This document shows positions 1 to 10,574 of a stretch of DNA of 64,000 nt, piece by piece. Source of the stretch: Macrostomum lignano (lineage: Eukaryota); NCBI GenBank assembly GCA_002269645.1, contig NIVC01001486.1:186001-250000 (forward strand). The letters are read 5' to 3'. Both the position numbers and the translations under genes were made by a program. The notes below the pieces were generated by a model. It was not told where the DNA came from, did not search any database, and saw only the letters and a program-made list of their open reading frames with translations. Numbering within the stretch: position 1 is the first letter of the stretch; each line of letters begins with the position of its first letter.

Positions 1-264
1 TTTTGTCGAGGTTGAGAGCCTTGATAACGCGTGAAGTAGGGCGGGTGCCTTCAAACTTGGCGCAGTATTGGCACCACTAGTCGATCGGACTTGGATTTCC
101 TGGTTTCACGCTTAAAGTCACAAATCGCGTCTTGATAAGCGCCCAGCTCAGCTGGGTCCTTGCTCTTGCCAGCTTTCCGTTGGAGGCACTTTGCCTTGCG
201 CCGTAGTTGATGAGTGTAGTGTACGCTCTGCGCGGTAATAATGTACTTGGCTTGGTCGATGAAC
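1..264 (-). mobile_element. Degraded non-LTR retrotransposon (LINE) ORF2 fragment
   Basis: The minus strand reads ...QLRRKAKCLQRKAGKSKDPAELGAYQDAICDFKRETRKSKSD, then after a frameshift *WCQYCAKFEGTRPTSRVIKALNLDK. This resembles the basic linker between endonuclease and RT in LINE ORF2. Recognised by eye; it has a stop and a frameshift. Confidence 0.45.
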
Positions 265-389
265 TAACTCGTAGCAATACTCTTATTACGCAATGCTCTC
301 GGGCCTATAAATATATTGAATTGAGCAGTCGGCTCATTTAAGTGCATCGTTTCTCTCGCCAAACTAAATAGCTAGTCTGAGTCATTACA

Positions 390-405
390 TGGCGTCGCAA
401 GCAAA
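390..405 (+). promoter_or_regulatory. Putative primer-binding site (PBS) of the Gypsy element
   Basis: TGGCGTCGCAAGCAAA directly follows an LTR-like end ATTACA (384-389) and lies 70 bp upstream of the gag ATG at 460. TGG is the complement of tRNA CCA. A TATA-like CTATAAATA lies at about 305. Confidence 0.6.
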
Positions 406-459
406 CTCTCAGTGAGGCCAACCCCCCGCGCACTGATAACGACCGGTGATTCAGCAAAT

Positions 460-2034
460 ATGGCACAGGCCCTGCAACTCGCGGCACCAGACGCCTTTGA
501 CCTCGAAGGCGATCCTCTGACAAGAGCTCAGCGATGGAAAACCTGGACGCGAAGGTTCAGCAGCTACATACGCGCAGCTGGCATCACAGATGCGACACAG
601 CAGCTGGAGCTCTTAGTTTACACTGCGGGCGAGAAGCTGGAAGACTTCATGGACGATAACGGCATCAAGAAAGGAGAGTCCGCGGAGGAGCTCATCAAAA
701 AGTTGCAGGGTATCTTCGACCAAAAGAACAGCGTTGTCTTCCTCAGGTACCAGTTTGAAATATGCCGGCAGGAGGAAGGAGAGTCAATTGAGGCCTGGTA
801 TCATCGGCTACGCAAGGCTGCGGACCAATGTACGTTCGGCGAACTCCGAGACTCGCTCATCAGGGACAAGATCGTGGCTCATTACCGGTCCGAGAGGATC
901 AGGAGGGAACTCCTGCAGCTCAACGATGTCTCCTTAGACGACGTTTTGAAGCGAATCCGAGCGAGGGAGGCAGCGGAGCAGCAGGCCCAGGCCATGGAGA
1001 TCGGCGCCGCAGCCGACACGGGCCATCCTTCCGCTTCGAATGTGGCGGCGCTGCGTCCACCTCGTAACCGACCATCCCATACAACCAGGCCGGCTGCCGC
1101 GGCAAGAGACAGCGGCATCAACTGCGATCGCTGCGGGCGACCAGGGCATCAGACGTGCGAGGCAGCCCGTAACAAGGCGTGTCGACGCTGCGGCAAGATG
1201 GGTCATTTCGCTCGGGCGTGTCGAGGAGCAGCTAAAGTCCCTCTGAGGACCGTTGACGAACCGCAGGAGGAGGCTCCGCCGGGTCGAGTCGAATATCTGC
1301 AAGACGACCCCATCGAGCACGAGCTATTCACCCTGAGGAACTACGGCTCTACTTGGACGCCTGCGACAATTAACGGGCTCAAGACAAAGGTGCTCATCGA
1401 CAGCGGCGCGGCCTGCAACATCATCGACAGGGCGGCCTACGACAGGATGCCGCAAAAAGCCGCGCTGCAGCCCGCAAGCGACAAGGTCTACCCATACGGA
1501 AGCCAAGAGCCGCTGAGATTGCTGGGCAAGGCAGACCTGCAAGTCAGCGCGTTCGAGATCCACGAGACACTACCGTTCTTGGTGCTCGACGGTGAGGGCG
1601 CTTGCATCATTGGCCGGAGAAGCGCTGAAAGACTTCAGATTCTGCGAGTCGGCCCGGAGAACAAGGTGGCATGCCAGCTGCGTCCGTCTCCCGAGGTCTC
1701 GCTAGACAGCATGCTAACAGGGATCCCAAAGGACGTCCTACATGCGCCGGGGGCACCGGCCCTGCACAAACTCCTAACGGAGAACGCACAGGTCTTCAGC
1801 GGAATCGGCAGGCTCAAAAACTATGCCGCCCGCATCTTCCTGGAGGAGGGAGCCAGGCCGATCTGTCATTCCCCATCAAGGGTGCCAATACATCTCGCAC
1901 AGGCAGTCGACGCCGAGCTGCAGTGCCTCGAGGACCAAGGCATCATCGAGCCGGTGGAAGGCCCCTGTCCGTGGGTAGCCCGCATCGTCGTCGTGCCCAA
2001 GCAGACTCCAGGCGAGATCAGGATTACGCAGGAC
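460..2034 (+). CDS. Gypsy gag-protease and start of RT (in frame up to the frameshift)
   Basis: ORF 412..2481; first ATG at 460. Gag, CCHC knuckles, DSG protease and the RT start PWVARIVVVPK...IRITQD. Past 2034 this frame loses RT similarity. Confidence 0.85.
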
Positions 2035-2035
2035 T

Positions 2036-4486
2036 TTGAGAGACCTGAACAAGTCGGTCATCAGAGAGCGGCATCCCATCCCGACATTCGAGGAGGTGAC
2101 GGGAGACATGGCAGGAGCGCAGCTATTCTCAGAGCTCGACATCGCGAAGGCATTTTATCAAATCCCAGTCGCCGACGAATGCCGCCATCTTCTGACTTTT
2201 TCGACACCACGAGGCCTGCGGCGGCTGACACGGCTCTGTATGGGACTGTCTACGGCCCAGGAAATTCTCCAGGCGGTCATGTCATCCGTGCTAGCTGGAC
2301 TCCCGAAAGTAAAATGGATTCACGACGACATCATCGTGTATGGGCACAGCGTGGCGGAGCACCACAGCAACCTGCAGGCATGTCTGCGACGACTGGCGCA
2401 GCACGGGCTGACGCTGAATCCGTTAAAATGCAAGCTCGCCCGTACCGAGGTCACGTTCATGGGGATGCAGCTGTCCAGTGAAGGTGTCAGACCAACCCAG
2501 TCCAAGTTGGAAGCCATCCATGCATTTGCCGAGCCAAAGACCGCCACAGAGGTGCGCTCGTTCCTAGGCCTGGTCAACTATCTGGCCTCATTCACCCCCG
2601 GGCTGGCGGATGTAGCGAGGCCACTGCGCAATCTGACTAGGAAAGGCGAGCCCTGGGCATGGACCGACCTCGAGAAACGAGCTTCTGACGACGTGAAGAC
2701 CCGGATTGCGACCAGCGGCACCCTCGCCTTCTTCAACCACCGCCTAGCGACGCAACTCATCGTCGACGCCGGCCCAGCGGGCCTGGGCGCGATCCTAACG
2801 CAGACGCAAGCGGACGGCACCAACCGGCCTGTCGCGTACGCCAGCCGGACGCTGTCCGATGTTGAGCAGCGCTACTCCCAGACTGAGAAGGAGGCGCTGG
2901 CCGTCAAATACGGCTGCTTGAAATTTCAGTACTATCTGCACGGCGCTCCGACATTTACGGTGGTGACAGACCACAAGCCGCTCATCGCATTGTTCAGCAG
3001 TGGCTCAAGGCCTCCCCCGAGGATCGAAAGAATGGCGCTGCGCATTCAGCACATTAAATTTACAGTCGAATACCAGCCTGGCCCACTAAACCCAGCGGAC
3101 GTGCTGAGCCGGCAGCCGCTGCCAACACGAGAAAGAAATGTCGGCGAAGAGCTCGACACCCTCTGCATCGCTGCAATCGTCCAGGCGGCCATACCGAACG
3201 CGCTGTCGCTGTCCTCAGTGCAAGAGAGTTCGCTGCAAGATGCAACAATTCAAGCCGCTATTCGATCGCTGGAGACAGGACGATGGAGCCTCGAGTCGGC
3301 GGAGACGCGATCGCTCCACGCCCTACGGAATGAGCTATCGGCAGCAGACGGCGTGCTCCTGCGGGGCCAGAGAATCGTAGTTCCAATGGCGCTTCGGCGC
3401 CTGGTTTTGGACCTGGCACACCGCGGTCATCAGTGCCTGCGCAAGACGGTTTACCGTTTGAGCACCAAAGTCTGGTGGCCGAGGATGCAGACAGAAGCAG
3501 AGCTCTTCGTGCGTGCCTGCCGAGCCTGTGCAGCTACGTCGCACGCGGCCGACGTGACCGCCGCGCCGCTGAAGCCGACGCCGATCCCGAAAGCTGCATG
3601 TCTAACACTAGGGGCAGACCTGCTAGGCCCCATTCAAGGCAGCATGCTGCTCGTCTGCGTTGACCACTACTCGCGCTTCCCTGAAGTCGAGATCGTCCAG
3701 ACCACAACGGCCGAAGCGCTGATTCCCAAGCTGAGGAATTCGTTCGCCAGATTCGGCATCCCGCAGGTACTGGTCACCGATAACGGCCCGCCATTCTCCT
3801 CGGCCCAGTTCAAAGGCTTTCTGGACAGCTACGGAATCCGGCAGCGTCTCATCACACCGCTGCATCCGCAGGCCAACGGCATCACTGAGCGCCTGAACCG
3901 CTCCATCAATAAGGTTGAACCAGCTGCCATTGCCCAGAAGCGCGACTGGAGGGCGGCCCTTGACGAGTGGCTGCTGGCCTACCGTTGCACGCCGCAGCGA
4001 ACCACCAAACGGGCACCAGCCGAGCTGCTCTTGGGTCGCGTCCCAAACGACGCCATCCCGTCAATCAGGCCGTCGAGACCGGTGGCCATCGCAGACAGGA
4101 GGCTCCGACAGCAGGACGCCAGCAGCAAGGCAAAGGGCAAGCGCTACACGGACAAGCGACGGCAGGCGAGACCGCATGGGCTCAAAGTCGGCGACACGGT
4201 GCTCCGGCGCCGACTAAATCCGCTCAAGGGCGAGACTCCGTTCGAGTGGACACCCTGGCTGGTCGAGAGTGTCAAGGGCGACTCGATGACCATTCGGCAG
4301 GGCGCCAGAGTTTGCAGGCGGCACTGCACTGACCTGAAGCGGGTAGCGCCAGATGCAGAGCCCGATTTTCCTGTCGGGGAGACCGCACCGCCGATCCTGC
4401 AAGCTGCGGGGAGCGAACCCGCGACCCCTCCAATTGCGCTGCGACCAGCGAACACTCTGACTGCGTCCTGGCTCCAACTGAGGTAG
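2036..4486 (+). CDS. Gypsy pol continuation (RT, RNase H, integrase), joined to the upstream frame by a 1-nt frameshift
   Basis: The ORF begins LRDLNK, which continues the RT motif D-x-R-x-L-N-K from GAC at 2032-2034. There is one extra T in TTT 2035-2037. Confidence 0.9.
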   Translation: MRDLNKSVIRERHPIPTFEEVTGDMAGAQLFSELDIAKAFYQIPVADECRHLLTFSTPRGLRRLTRLCMGLSTAQEILQAVMSSVLAGLPKVKWIHDDIIVYGHSVAEHHSNLQACLRRLAQHGLTLNPLKCKLARTEVTFMGMQLSSEGVRPTQSKLEAIHAFAEPKTATEVRSFLGLVNYLASFTPGLADVARPLRNLTRKGEPWAWTDLEKRASDDVKTRIATSGTLAFFNHRLATQLIVDAGPAGLGAILTQTQADGTNRPVAYASRTLSDVEQRYSQTEKEALAVKYGCLKFQYYLHGAPTFTVVTDHKPLIALFSSGSRPPPRIERMALRIQHIKFTVEYQPGPLNPADVLSRQPLPTRERNVGEELDTLCIAAIVQAAIPNALSLSSVQESSLQDATIQAAIRSLETGRWSLESAETRSLHALRNELSAADGVLLRGQRIVVPMALRRLVLDLAHRGHQCLRKTVYRLSTKVWWPRMQTEAELFVRACRACAATSHAADVTAAPLKPTPIPKAACLTLGADLLGPIQGSMLLVCVDHYSRFPEVEIVQTTTAEALIPKLRNSFARFGIPQVLVTDNGPPFSSAQFKGFLDSYGIRQRLITPLHPQANGITERLNRSINKVEPAAIAQKRDWRAALDEWLLAYRCTPQRTTKRAPAELLLGRVPNDAIPSIRPSRPVAIADRRLRQQDASSKAKGKRYTDKRRQARPHGLKVGDTVLRRRLNPLKGETPFEWTPWLVESVKGDSMTIRQGARVCRRHCTDLKRVAPDAEPDFPVGETAPPILQAAGSEPATPPIALRPANTLTASWLQLR

Positions 4487-5609
4487 CACCAGTCCTAACT
4501 GACATGGACCACTTTCGAAGCACCGCTGCCCCACCTCTTCCACATGCATCAGACTCGATTGCAACATGTTTCTTGAAGACGGGCCAGAGCTCCACCCAAC
4601 AGGCCGACTCCAGCGCCACAATCCGCCAGCTGAGTTGATCCCAGAGCTGTAAGCTGACTTTAATTCGCTAAGTTTGCTGGTTCTGGTTTTGCTCATTTTT
4701 GCGCATTCAAATATTTACTCTCATGCTCCCATCTGAATACCTGCATTCTATCTATTGATTGTAATACATAAAACACTTTTTATTACACTAAAGGTGCTGT
4801 CGGATAGACTAAAAGGTTAAAGCCTCTGGGACGAGATAGCGATACAACAGGTTAATATACACATAGACACATCGATTTTACTGGAAGAATTCATACTTGT
4901 AAGGCAAATATTAAATTAATCAAACGCTAAATTTTAGACTGAAGAAAAGCTCAGAGGCTTGAAACCGATCGTCAGTTTCAGAACTCAAATACGCCGTGAC
5001 CTCTCATATTTCTCTTCTGCGCTTCTTGCCTTTGGTCCTTGATCTTGAGCAGCCGAACAGATGTCTTGAAAAGCTGCCCTGTTAGACTAACAGAATATGA
5101 GGTGACGGAGAACACGAAGAACTATTCAGCTTATCTCCAAGTAAGCTTTCTTGTCAAAAAATCGACAAACCCATTATTTGCAGGGATGCAAAAAGCTAGG
5201 ATAAGGTAGGAACACATGTGTATTTCCGTGAAAACATCTCCTAAGGAAGAATTACAAGGGAAGGAGAGAAAACGTTTGAATCCTTAAAAATTTATTGGCT
5301 TTTAATGAGAATATTCGCTTGTGATTTCAAAGCAAATCAAAGGTATGAATTAAGGAGAATTTACTCCGACTGGATGTTACTGAGAGGTCTGCAACCACTA
5401 CAATTATAACTATGAATGGATAGTCTGCATGGATATATCAATATTACCCATAGTACAGGCCACGGGTTGGCAAACTTTTTACCTCCTGGACCAGATAAAG
5501 AATTCAGTCCTTGGCCGCGGGCCAGATAAGAGTGGAAAGGAGAAGGAACAGAATACAAGAGCTAAGAGAAGATTGGAGGCAAGAGGTGGGTTGAGAGTAG
5601 AGAGGGTAG

Positions 5610-5805
5610 AAGGTGAAGAGTAGAGGGGGAGGGGAGAGAAGGGAGAGGAGGAGGTAGGAGATAAAAAGGGGAGAGAAGAGAGAGCAGAGGAGAGGGTAGC
5701 GAGGGGAGAGAGTAGAGATAGAGGAGAAGGGAGATAGAGGAGATGAGAGGGGAGAGAGAAGAGGGGAGAGAGAGGGGAGAGAAGGGAAAAGAAGAGAGTT
5801 AAAAG
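5610..5805. repeat. Purine-rich (GA) low-complexity tract
   Basis: Almost only G and A on the + strand. Confidence 0.85.
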
Positions 5806-6334
5806 GAAAGCTTAACCGGGCCGGATTGAGAGACTCAATTGTAGAAATCAAGCTACAAGAACTTTTAACTGAGACAATCCTGTGGAATCCAACAGGCTTT
5901 TCAACACAGAATTTTGCATAAAATTCCCAAATATCGTCAGAAGTGTGCATGAGGCGTTGAGGCGGATTGGGTGAGCCTTGACGCTGAAATTATCGGAGAA
6001 CATGGAATTAATGAAGAGGCTGGTGGTGAACAGGCTGCAGCTGGCAGGACACTTCTTCATCATTGAAATAATCAGTTCGCACAATGACGCCAAAGACGGT
6101 CCTGTGAAAAATCTGACTCAATAGAGAACTCGCAGCAAATCAGCGCAAAACGTTTTGGACGAAATATCGGACAGGACCGTTGGCCACACATCTTCTGGCA
6201 AGCGTGCTGAGTAGCTTAACCGCGTGTTTGCCTAAACTATTTTTTTGCAAGCACCGTCTGCAATGCAACCAAGGACTACTCAAGGATCAAATATATAGGA
6301 CGCAACACTCGAAATCTGTGGTAAATGTTTTGAA

Positions 6335-6580
6335 AGCAACTTTTCGCCGAAAAATACACTACAGAGATAGGAGGTTTTAATTTTTTCAGCACAAAAATTG
6401 TTATTGCTTTTGATAGGAGGCAGATCCAGTGTTCATGCTTTTATATCTTGTGCCTTTCTTTTTGCTCTATCGATATTTATAAAGCTTTTCGTTCAGAAAT
6501 AGTTTTAAAGGCAGGTTTCACCGGAAAAATACACTACGGAGATATGAAATTTCACGATTTTCAACACTAAAACAGTGATT
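6335..6580 (+). repeat. Dispersed repeat, probable non-autonomous DNA transposon piece with GAAAAATACACTACGGAGAT subrepeats
   Basis: 6340-6510 matches the reverse complement of about 40050-40215. The motif occurs at about 6350, 6525, 39918 (+) and 40190 (-). Confidence 0.7.
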
Positions 6581-6970
6581 GGATCTCTTAACAATGTCAG
6601 AGAAAGCTTTCCTTGAATGCAACCACTAGTCAGCTCACAAATATTGTCAATTGCAATACCAGTCAAGACCGATTTTCCAAAAATACATGTTCAACGCAAT
6701 TAAAAGAAACTATTGTTTTTCCTTTGAAGTTTTATCAGTGCACAGTCGCCACTAATAAGCGGTTTTAGCTGTCTAGACAACTGACAGGCAATAAAAGAAT
6801 TCGTGTCAAAAGGCACGTCTTAAAACTTTTGATTTGCATTCGTTATTATAGATAGATTATATTAAGATATAAACCATGGCCAAAATATGGCTCTCTTGTA
6901 TTTTAAAAAGTTTCTCACGATTATTACTAAGAATTTTTATCAATGCTTGATATTACACCGAACAGATTCG

Positions 6971-7110
6971 AAGCTTCATCCAGACCTACTCAGCCTCACA
7001 GCTTCATCCAGACCTACTCAGCTTCAAAGCTTCATGCAGACCCACTCAGCCTCACAGCTTCATCCAGAACCACTCAGTCTCACTGCTTCATCCAGACCTC
7101 CTCAGCCTCG
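6971..7110. repeat. 28-bp tandem repeat x5 overlapping the stop codon of the WSC-PAN gene
   Basis: Unit CAGCTTCATCCAGACCTACTCAGCCTCA; the last copy is coding sequence (EAEEVWMKQ). Confidence 0.85.
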
Positions 7111-7933
7111 CTGGCCACCTCAGCGGGCACAGCGGCGAATCTCAGCAGGCGGCACATGCGGCTCGAAGGCACGAAGGCGCAGCCCTGACAGTCCGGGCTG
7201 CTGTAGCAGATGGCGGCGCATTCAACGGCACTGCTGGCTGCGATGCTGCGGTGAGTGACGGAGCTCTCGGAGGCTGTGATGTTCGGCAAAGACGTCACGG
7301 GCAGTTTCGGCATCACCGGACCGACTGCAGATGGGTTGGTAGAAAATAATTTTGACTTAAGTATTTTGATTGGTCATTATTATACTATTGCTGGCAAAAT
7401 GGCCCAGTTCGAACTACATTCAAGAATGACCTCAGAACACTGGGTCTTTAAGTCGTCTGGCTCAGTGAGACTCTCTTTACGCCTCTAGCTCGTACGTGCT
7501 GCGTTAATCCAGAATGCTCACTTGGCGAGTAAGTCAGTTCGTAGATAGAGTTTCTCGAGACTCCACCGCAAATCTGAGACGAGTTTCCGCTGCAAGCTGA
7601 GCTGCAGTCGCCAGCCGGTGCGATGCCGTGCGATCCGTAGGCCGAGCTGCAGCAGCAGTAGGCCGCAGACTGAACCCCAAAGTAGCGAAATCGGCCGTAA
7701 GAGCACATCTGGCTGCACAGTTGTAGTGTCATCTTGGCGAAGTAGTAAACGAATGCTATGGAATGAGGGTGAGTCTTAAACTGTCCGAACGTTTTGACCC
7801 CCTGCAGTCCTACAAGATCTCGGTTGCCATCAGCGCCATCCACGTAGCAGCCGAGGTGGCGAAACTCCAACGGTTGAGGCGGCACCGCAACAGCGGCTGC
7901 CCAACAGAGCAGCAAAGCGCAGAGTTTCAGCAT
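7080..7933 (-). CDS. Secreted WSC-domain + PAN/apple-domain protein, 2 exons
   Basis: Exons 7933-7522 and 7324-7080, GT-AG, phase 1. Signal peptide MLKLCALLLCWAAAVA; WSC motif HLGCYVD...MTLQLCSQMC...YFGVQ..YCCC...C...CSG..SQICGG; PAN motif ECAAIC...DCQGCAF...MCRLL. Confidence 0.85.
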
Positions 7934-9057
7934 TGGGAAAAAATCCCAGAGAGCGGCCGAACCGCGGTTTCTGAGACGCTTCTTCTGATTCAGGTAACAA
8001 ATTTAAGCAATATATTTGCTGGAAGAAGCCAATGGAAGAATCGCCCAAAAATGTCGTGAATCCATTGGCCTAAGATTTCATCTTCATGGGCATTAGAGAT
8101 CGTCTACTTTTGATTAGAAAGAAGAGAAATATCCGGCTAATCTCCGGCAAGAGTTTTTTTAGGATTAATGCCTCCATTTCTCTTAGGGCTCCTTTGTTTG
8201 TGCACTGTCCTCTCCACCCCTCCTTGGGGCGGATGTTTTGCTCACCCGCTTATTTATCTGTGCGCCGCCCTCTGTGCCACGTCGTTCGCTCTGACTTTGC
8301 AGTTCAAATTTTTCAAAACTCCTTTTATTCTTTTAATCTTGTTTTTTTTGCCAAATAAACTTATCGTTTCCACGAGGTCGCTTTCCCGACCTCTCGCGCT
8401 GCTTCGGTCATAGACATTTGCCTGCCTGCTGTTCGTCTCCTTTGCTAATGGGGTGTGATAATAGAGGAAAGAATAGAATATTCTTTCTTCCATGGGTGTG
8501 ATTGGTTAATTCAAACCGACTGTAAACAACTCAAGAGACTGTTTAAGAGAGCCGGGCTAAATAATGCTTGGGTGAGCAAATGAGTTCTAATTCTGTGGTT
8601 TTCTTCATGGCTGCTGGGCTTAAACGCTTGCACATCAGTTGATCAATTTCATCCTCTTATCTTGTTTAAATAAGATGATTGGCTTTCGTTTAATTGACAT
8701 GTTCAACAGCAATGCTTGTAGAGATTTGGACCTCAAGCTTTGCTCGTCAGTCAAACTTGAGTTGATGAAGAATTTGTAATTATTTGATAGCCATCAGCTT
8801 CATAACGAGGAACTACCAGCTAGAATGCAAAGATTGCAAAGATGTTTAGCTGTCAGTTAGGATATGTTACAGATGCAATTCGATGTTTAATTTTGTTTGT
8901 TATTCAGCATAATTTATAAAAAATAGTTCCATTTCGAATTATTTCTTCCATAAATTTTGAAAAATTAGATTGTTACTAGTCATATTATAACTGTAAAGAC
9001 TTCACTTTCGGTTGTAGAACGATATACGCTTGATACGGGGCAAGCGACAACGATTAA

Positions 9058-9510
9058 TGTTGTAAATGTTGAGCACGATAAATTTAGTCGATAAGGCTTA
9101 GGGATGGAGGACAACAAGTGGCCAGAATGAAGAACGTACATGAGCACACAGCGAAACAGGTGAAAACACCACCCTCAAACACTGAATAAAGTGATAAACA
9201 TTGAAATCAACACAGCCAAGTCACCACACTCCTCCCCACAAGGATTAAGCGTTGGATTAAAACGAAAATAAAAGACGCAAATCAGTTCACAGTCCATAGA
9301 AGAACAGTTCATTGTCACTGGTAGCGCAGCCTGTCAGGTTCGGCTCTCGCCCTGGTCGAACGTCGAAGTGGCGCCTCAGAACTCAACTCTGGCGCCTGGC
9401 CAGGCGTCTCTGCAGGGACCTCCGGTTGATCGTCAGGCACCTCGGCACATAGCGGTTGCTCGGCTTCGGAAGGCGCTGGAGGCTCCGGCTGCCAGGTTGT
9501 ACGCCGAAGA
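9058..9510 (-). mobile_element. 3' remnant of a second Gypsy element (pol C-terminus, PPT, start of 3' LTR)
   Basis: The minus strand encodes ...APLRRSTRARAEPDRLRYQ* (stop 9315-9317), a typical Gypsy pol terminus. It is followed by a polypurine tract GGGGAGGAG (9237-9229) and TGTGGTG (LTR start at 9228). The LTR end is uncertain, possibly TACAACA at 9058. Confidence 0.7.
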
Positions 9511-10130
9511 ATGAATGTCCACCCAATGAGCAAATTCTGGCGCAAAACTCGTGGGTCATACTTTGCTGGTCTTTGATGCTGAAAAACCCAGTTAGTCTCA
9601 TATCTAACAAGCTTGCTAACTTTTTTGATCTCATCAAAGCCTCGTTCGGTATTTCCATCGACGCTGCATGCCAACAAAGTGCAGGCCGTGACCAGTGCAA
9701 TTATTGACTGTTCGGAGCGCATTTTTAAGATTCCTTGCCAATAAATTCTGCTTCCGATGCAACTTCCCTAACTCTTTTATAATGTTTTTTGAGCGGCGAA
9801 GAGAGGCTTTGCAAGTCTTTTTCAACAATCTTGAAGCAATTAAAATACTACCTACTGGATTGCTACTTTCAGTAGTAACAGCCCTACTGTAAGTATAAAA
9901 TGAAGCCAAAGTGTTGTCTTTTGTCCAATAGCATTTTAACAGGGGATTATGTAATAATTGTAATTGCTGGAAGGTTTTAAGCACTCGGGAGCTACGCCTT
10001 CGGCAAAATCGTCCCACAAACAGTGGTCGAGACAATTCTGTCCATTCCTCGGACTCCTGAACGCAGAGAGAGGAACTCTGCTTTCCAAAAAGTTGTTGTT
10101 CGTCACACAAACATAACTTGCTTGCATCGA
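9510..10130 (-). mobile_element. Possible degraded P-element/THAP-type transposase N-terminal remnant
   Basis: A frameshifted basic coiled coil KKTCKASLRRSKNIIKELGKLHRKQNLL followed by ...PAKYDPRVLRQ loosely resembles P-type transposase N-termini. No catalytic region or TIR seen. Confidence 0.3.
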
Positions 10131-10574
10131 AAATGTACAATGTTAATGCTGTTCCTTCTTTAGCTTCTGATGGCTTTGGCTCCCAAGTCGACTTTCTCTA
10201 TAGGCTCGAACACTATAAAGTTCTGTTGCATAATGAGTGACTTTGAGTAGTAAAACATAAGCTTATTGGAGTAATATGCTGTTGATCCAGTAACTTAAAA
10301 ATTAGCGTTTATTGCCCATATTTTTGTATTGTAGATTTCTGTACAATATTTAAGCGACTGGCAACCTAAAACCGTTTGTATTGAAAAATAATGATGCAAA
10401 TCTGGCTGATGCATATTGAGTGTTTTCCTATATTTAATTTCCTATTTTCCTTGATTAATATTGATTAAGTTTTCAAATTTAAATTGAGTATCATCTACCG
10501 CTGAGGTCAACAAACTTAATTCTTACCTCAAAAGCCAGGTAAAAATGCAGCTCATGGTTGCGGTCGAGTTGAAT

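Larger units (their letters stand above)
390..4787 (+). mobile_element. Ty3/Gypsy LTR retrotransposon internal region (Mag-like), gag-pro-RT-RNaseH-IN
   Basis: Domain order PR-RT-RH-IN. Two Zn knuckles (CDRCGRPGHQTC, CRRCGKMGHFARAC), protease LIDSGA, RT LDIAKAFYQI and IHDD, RNase H VDAG/EKEALAV/TDHKPL, integrase HxxH...CxxC with D(GADL), D(TDNG) and E(ITERL). No matching LTR pair found. Confidence 0.95.

Noticed and set aside
2035-2037. Programmed ribosomal frameshift
   Set aside because: It lies inside the RT domain with no slippery heptamer; a simple indel is more parsimonious.
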